Assembly (NCBI GenBank): GCA_951406725.2
Contig: OX597825.1
Span: 31,992,001 to 32,056,000, forward strand
Length of the DNA: 64,000 nucleotides
DNA from: Octopus vulgaris
Lineage: Eukaryota
Reading direction: 5' to 3'
Shown here: positions 63,008 through 64,000 of the stretch, in pieces
How the letters are laid out: every line of letters begins with the position of its first letter
How positions within the stretch are numbered: position 1 is the stretch's first letter
Translations under genes and position numbers: made by a program
Notes under the pieces: generated by a model
Told to the model about the DNA's origin: nothing
Database searches by the model: none
Seen by the model: the letters and a program-made list of their open reading frames with translations, nothing else

Positions 63008-63728
63008 TGTACATGTGGGTGTCTAGCTTGACCCTGCCTGAGATTTGAAACCAAATCCACCGGCTTGTTGCTTGTCAAAACGAGCGGGAAATCCTCTACA
63101 CTAGATGACTGATGAGGAAACACTCCGTCCCCTAGGACCTGTACTGGTCAAAGAAAGGTCAGTCCTTTGTTTAAGGTTTGACCTACATTACTGACCATAG
63201 CCTATATAACAGAGAGAATTTTCTATCTCTTTCTCTTATGTGTCAGCTATGACCAAGGAGCAACACCGGCTCTTAGGTGTCAGCCAGACCAAGAGGCAAC
63301 ACTCGCTTTTGCATCAGCGTTAACCAAGAGCAGCACTTCATTTCGCCCTCCGTTCGACATGCTAAGAGAGGCTTTCGGCCGCAAGAAAGACGATGCCGCC
63401 TTTATCCTTTCTTCCTTTCTAGTCAGCACCATGACTACCTTACTCTTTCCCTCTCTACTGACAGTCAACATTTTTCTACATATCAACTACTATCTAGCGA
63501 GTCATCCTTGTCGTCACTGTCACTAGAATTGCTACTGTCTCTGTAACAACCTGTCGGGTAAACGAATAAACATATGTAAATAACATTTCTTCCTTCTTGG
63601 TGTTAATTCTTCGATGTGCACTGGTTACTCCGACGCGAGAACCTTGAAGAGTTACATCTATACTCTACATTTAGTAGTGGGCTACATCATATCGAATTGG
63701 TATGGCACACCGCATCCAGCCCGCTACA
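63008..63728 (+). mobile_element. Solo-LTR-like insertion splitting a family A SINE (62860-63007 and 63729-63945)
   Basis: TGTA...TACA ends, internal AATAAA, sits inside the SINE microsatellite. TSD imperfect (taca/tacc). Confidence 0.4.
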
Positions 63729-64000
63729 TACCTATGTGTGTGTTTTTGTGTTTGTGCTTGTCCTCACCATCACCACTTAGCAACCAGTGTTAGTTTGTTT
63801 ACATCCATGTAACTTAGCGATTTGGCAAAAAAGGGAGACTGATAGAATAAATAACATTAAAAAAAAGACAAAAACAAGTATTGGGGTCGATTTCTTTGGT
63901 TAAACCTTTCTAGGTGGTACCCCAGCATGGCCGCAGACCCATTGGTGGAACGGGAAACCTGTGGCCCTCGACGAGTTTCTAGGTTGCTAATATCATACTA

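Overview
AT-rich, repeat-dense animal genomic DNA. The repeat families suggest a coleoid cephalopod, probably Octopus (inference). The short ORF calls are almost all microsatellite or TE noise. Two real genes are present. (1) A 14-exon aldehyde dehydrogenase of the ALDH2 type on the + strand (15644-53046, 521 aa, all introns GT-AG, mitochondrial-type leader), with a candidate alternative first exon lacking the leader and ALDH1-like substrate-channel residues. (2) An intronless DC-STAMP-domain gene, DCST1/sneaky-like, on the - strand (58482-60530), whose upstream region holds a perfect RFX X-box duplicated in a ~950 bp palindrome. The most striking non-coding structure is a ~3.2 kb near-perfect palindrome (5125-8315) with a type I minimal hammerhead ribozyme motif at each outer end (Penelope-like/retrozyme signature), next to a third hammerhead-like motif. 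The rest is nested mobile DNA: a young PHD-containing RTE LINE with an empty-site paralog in the same window, two 5'-inverted RTE copies, CR1, Gypsy and mariner relics, tRNA-derived and Nin-type SINEs, and several fold-back MITEs with readable TSDs. All calls were made by eye, with no database searches.
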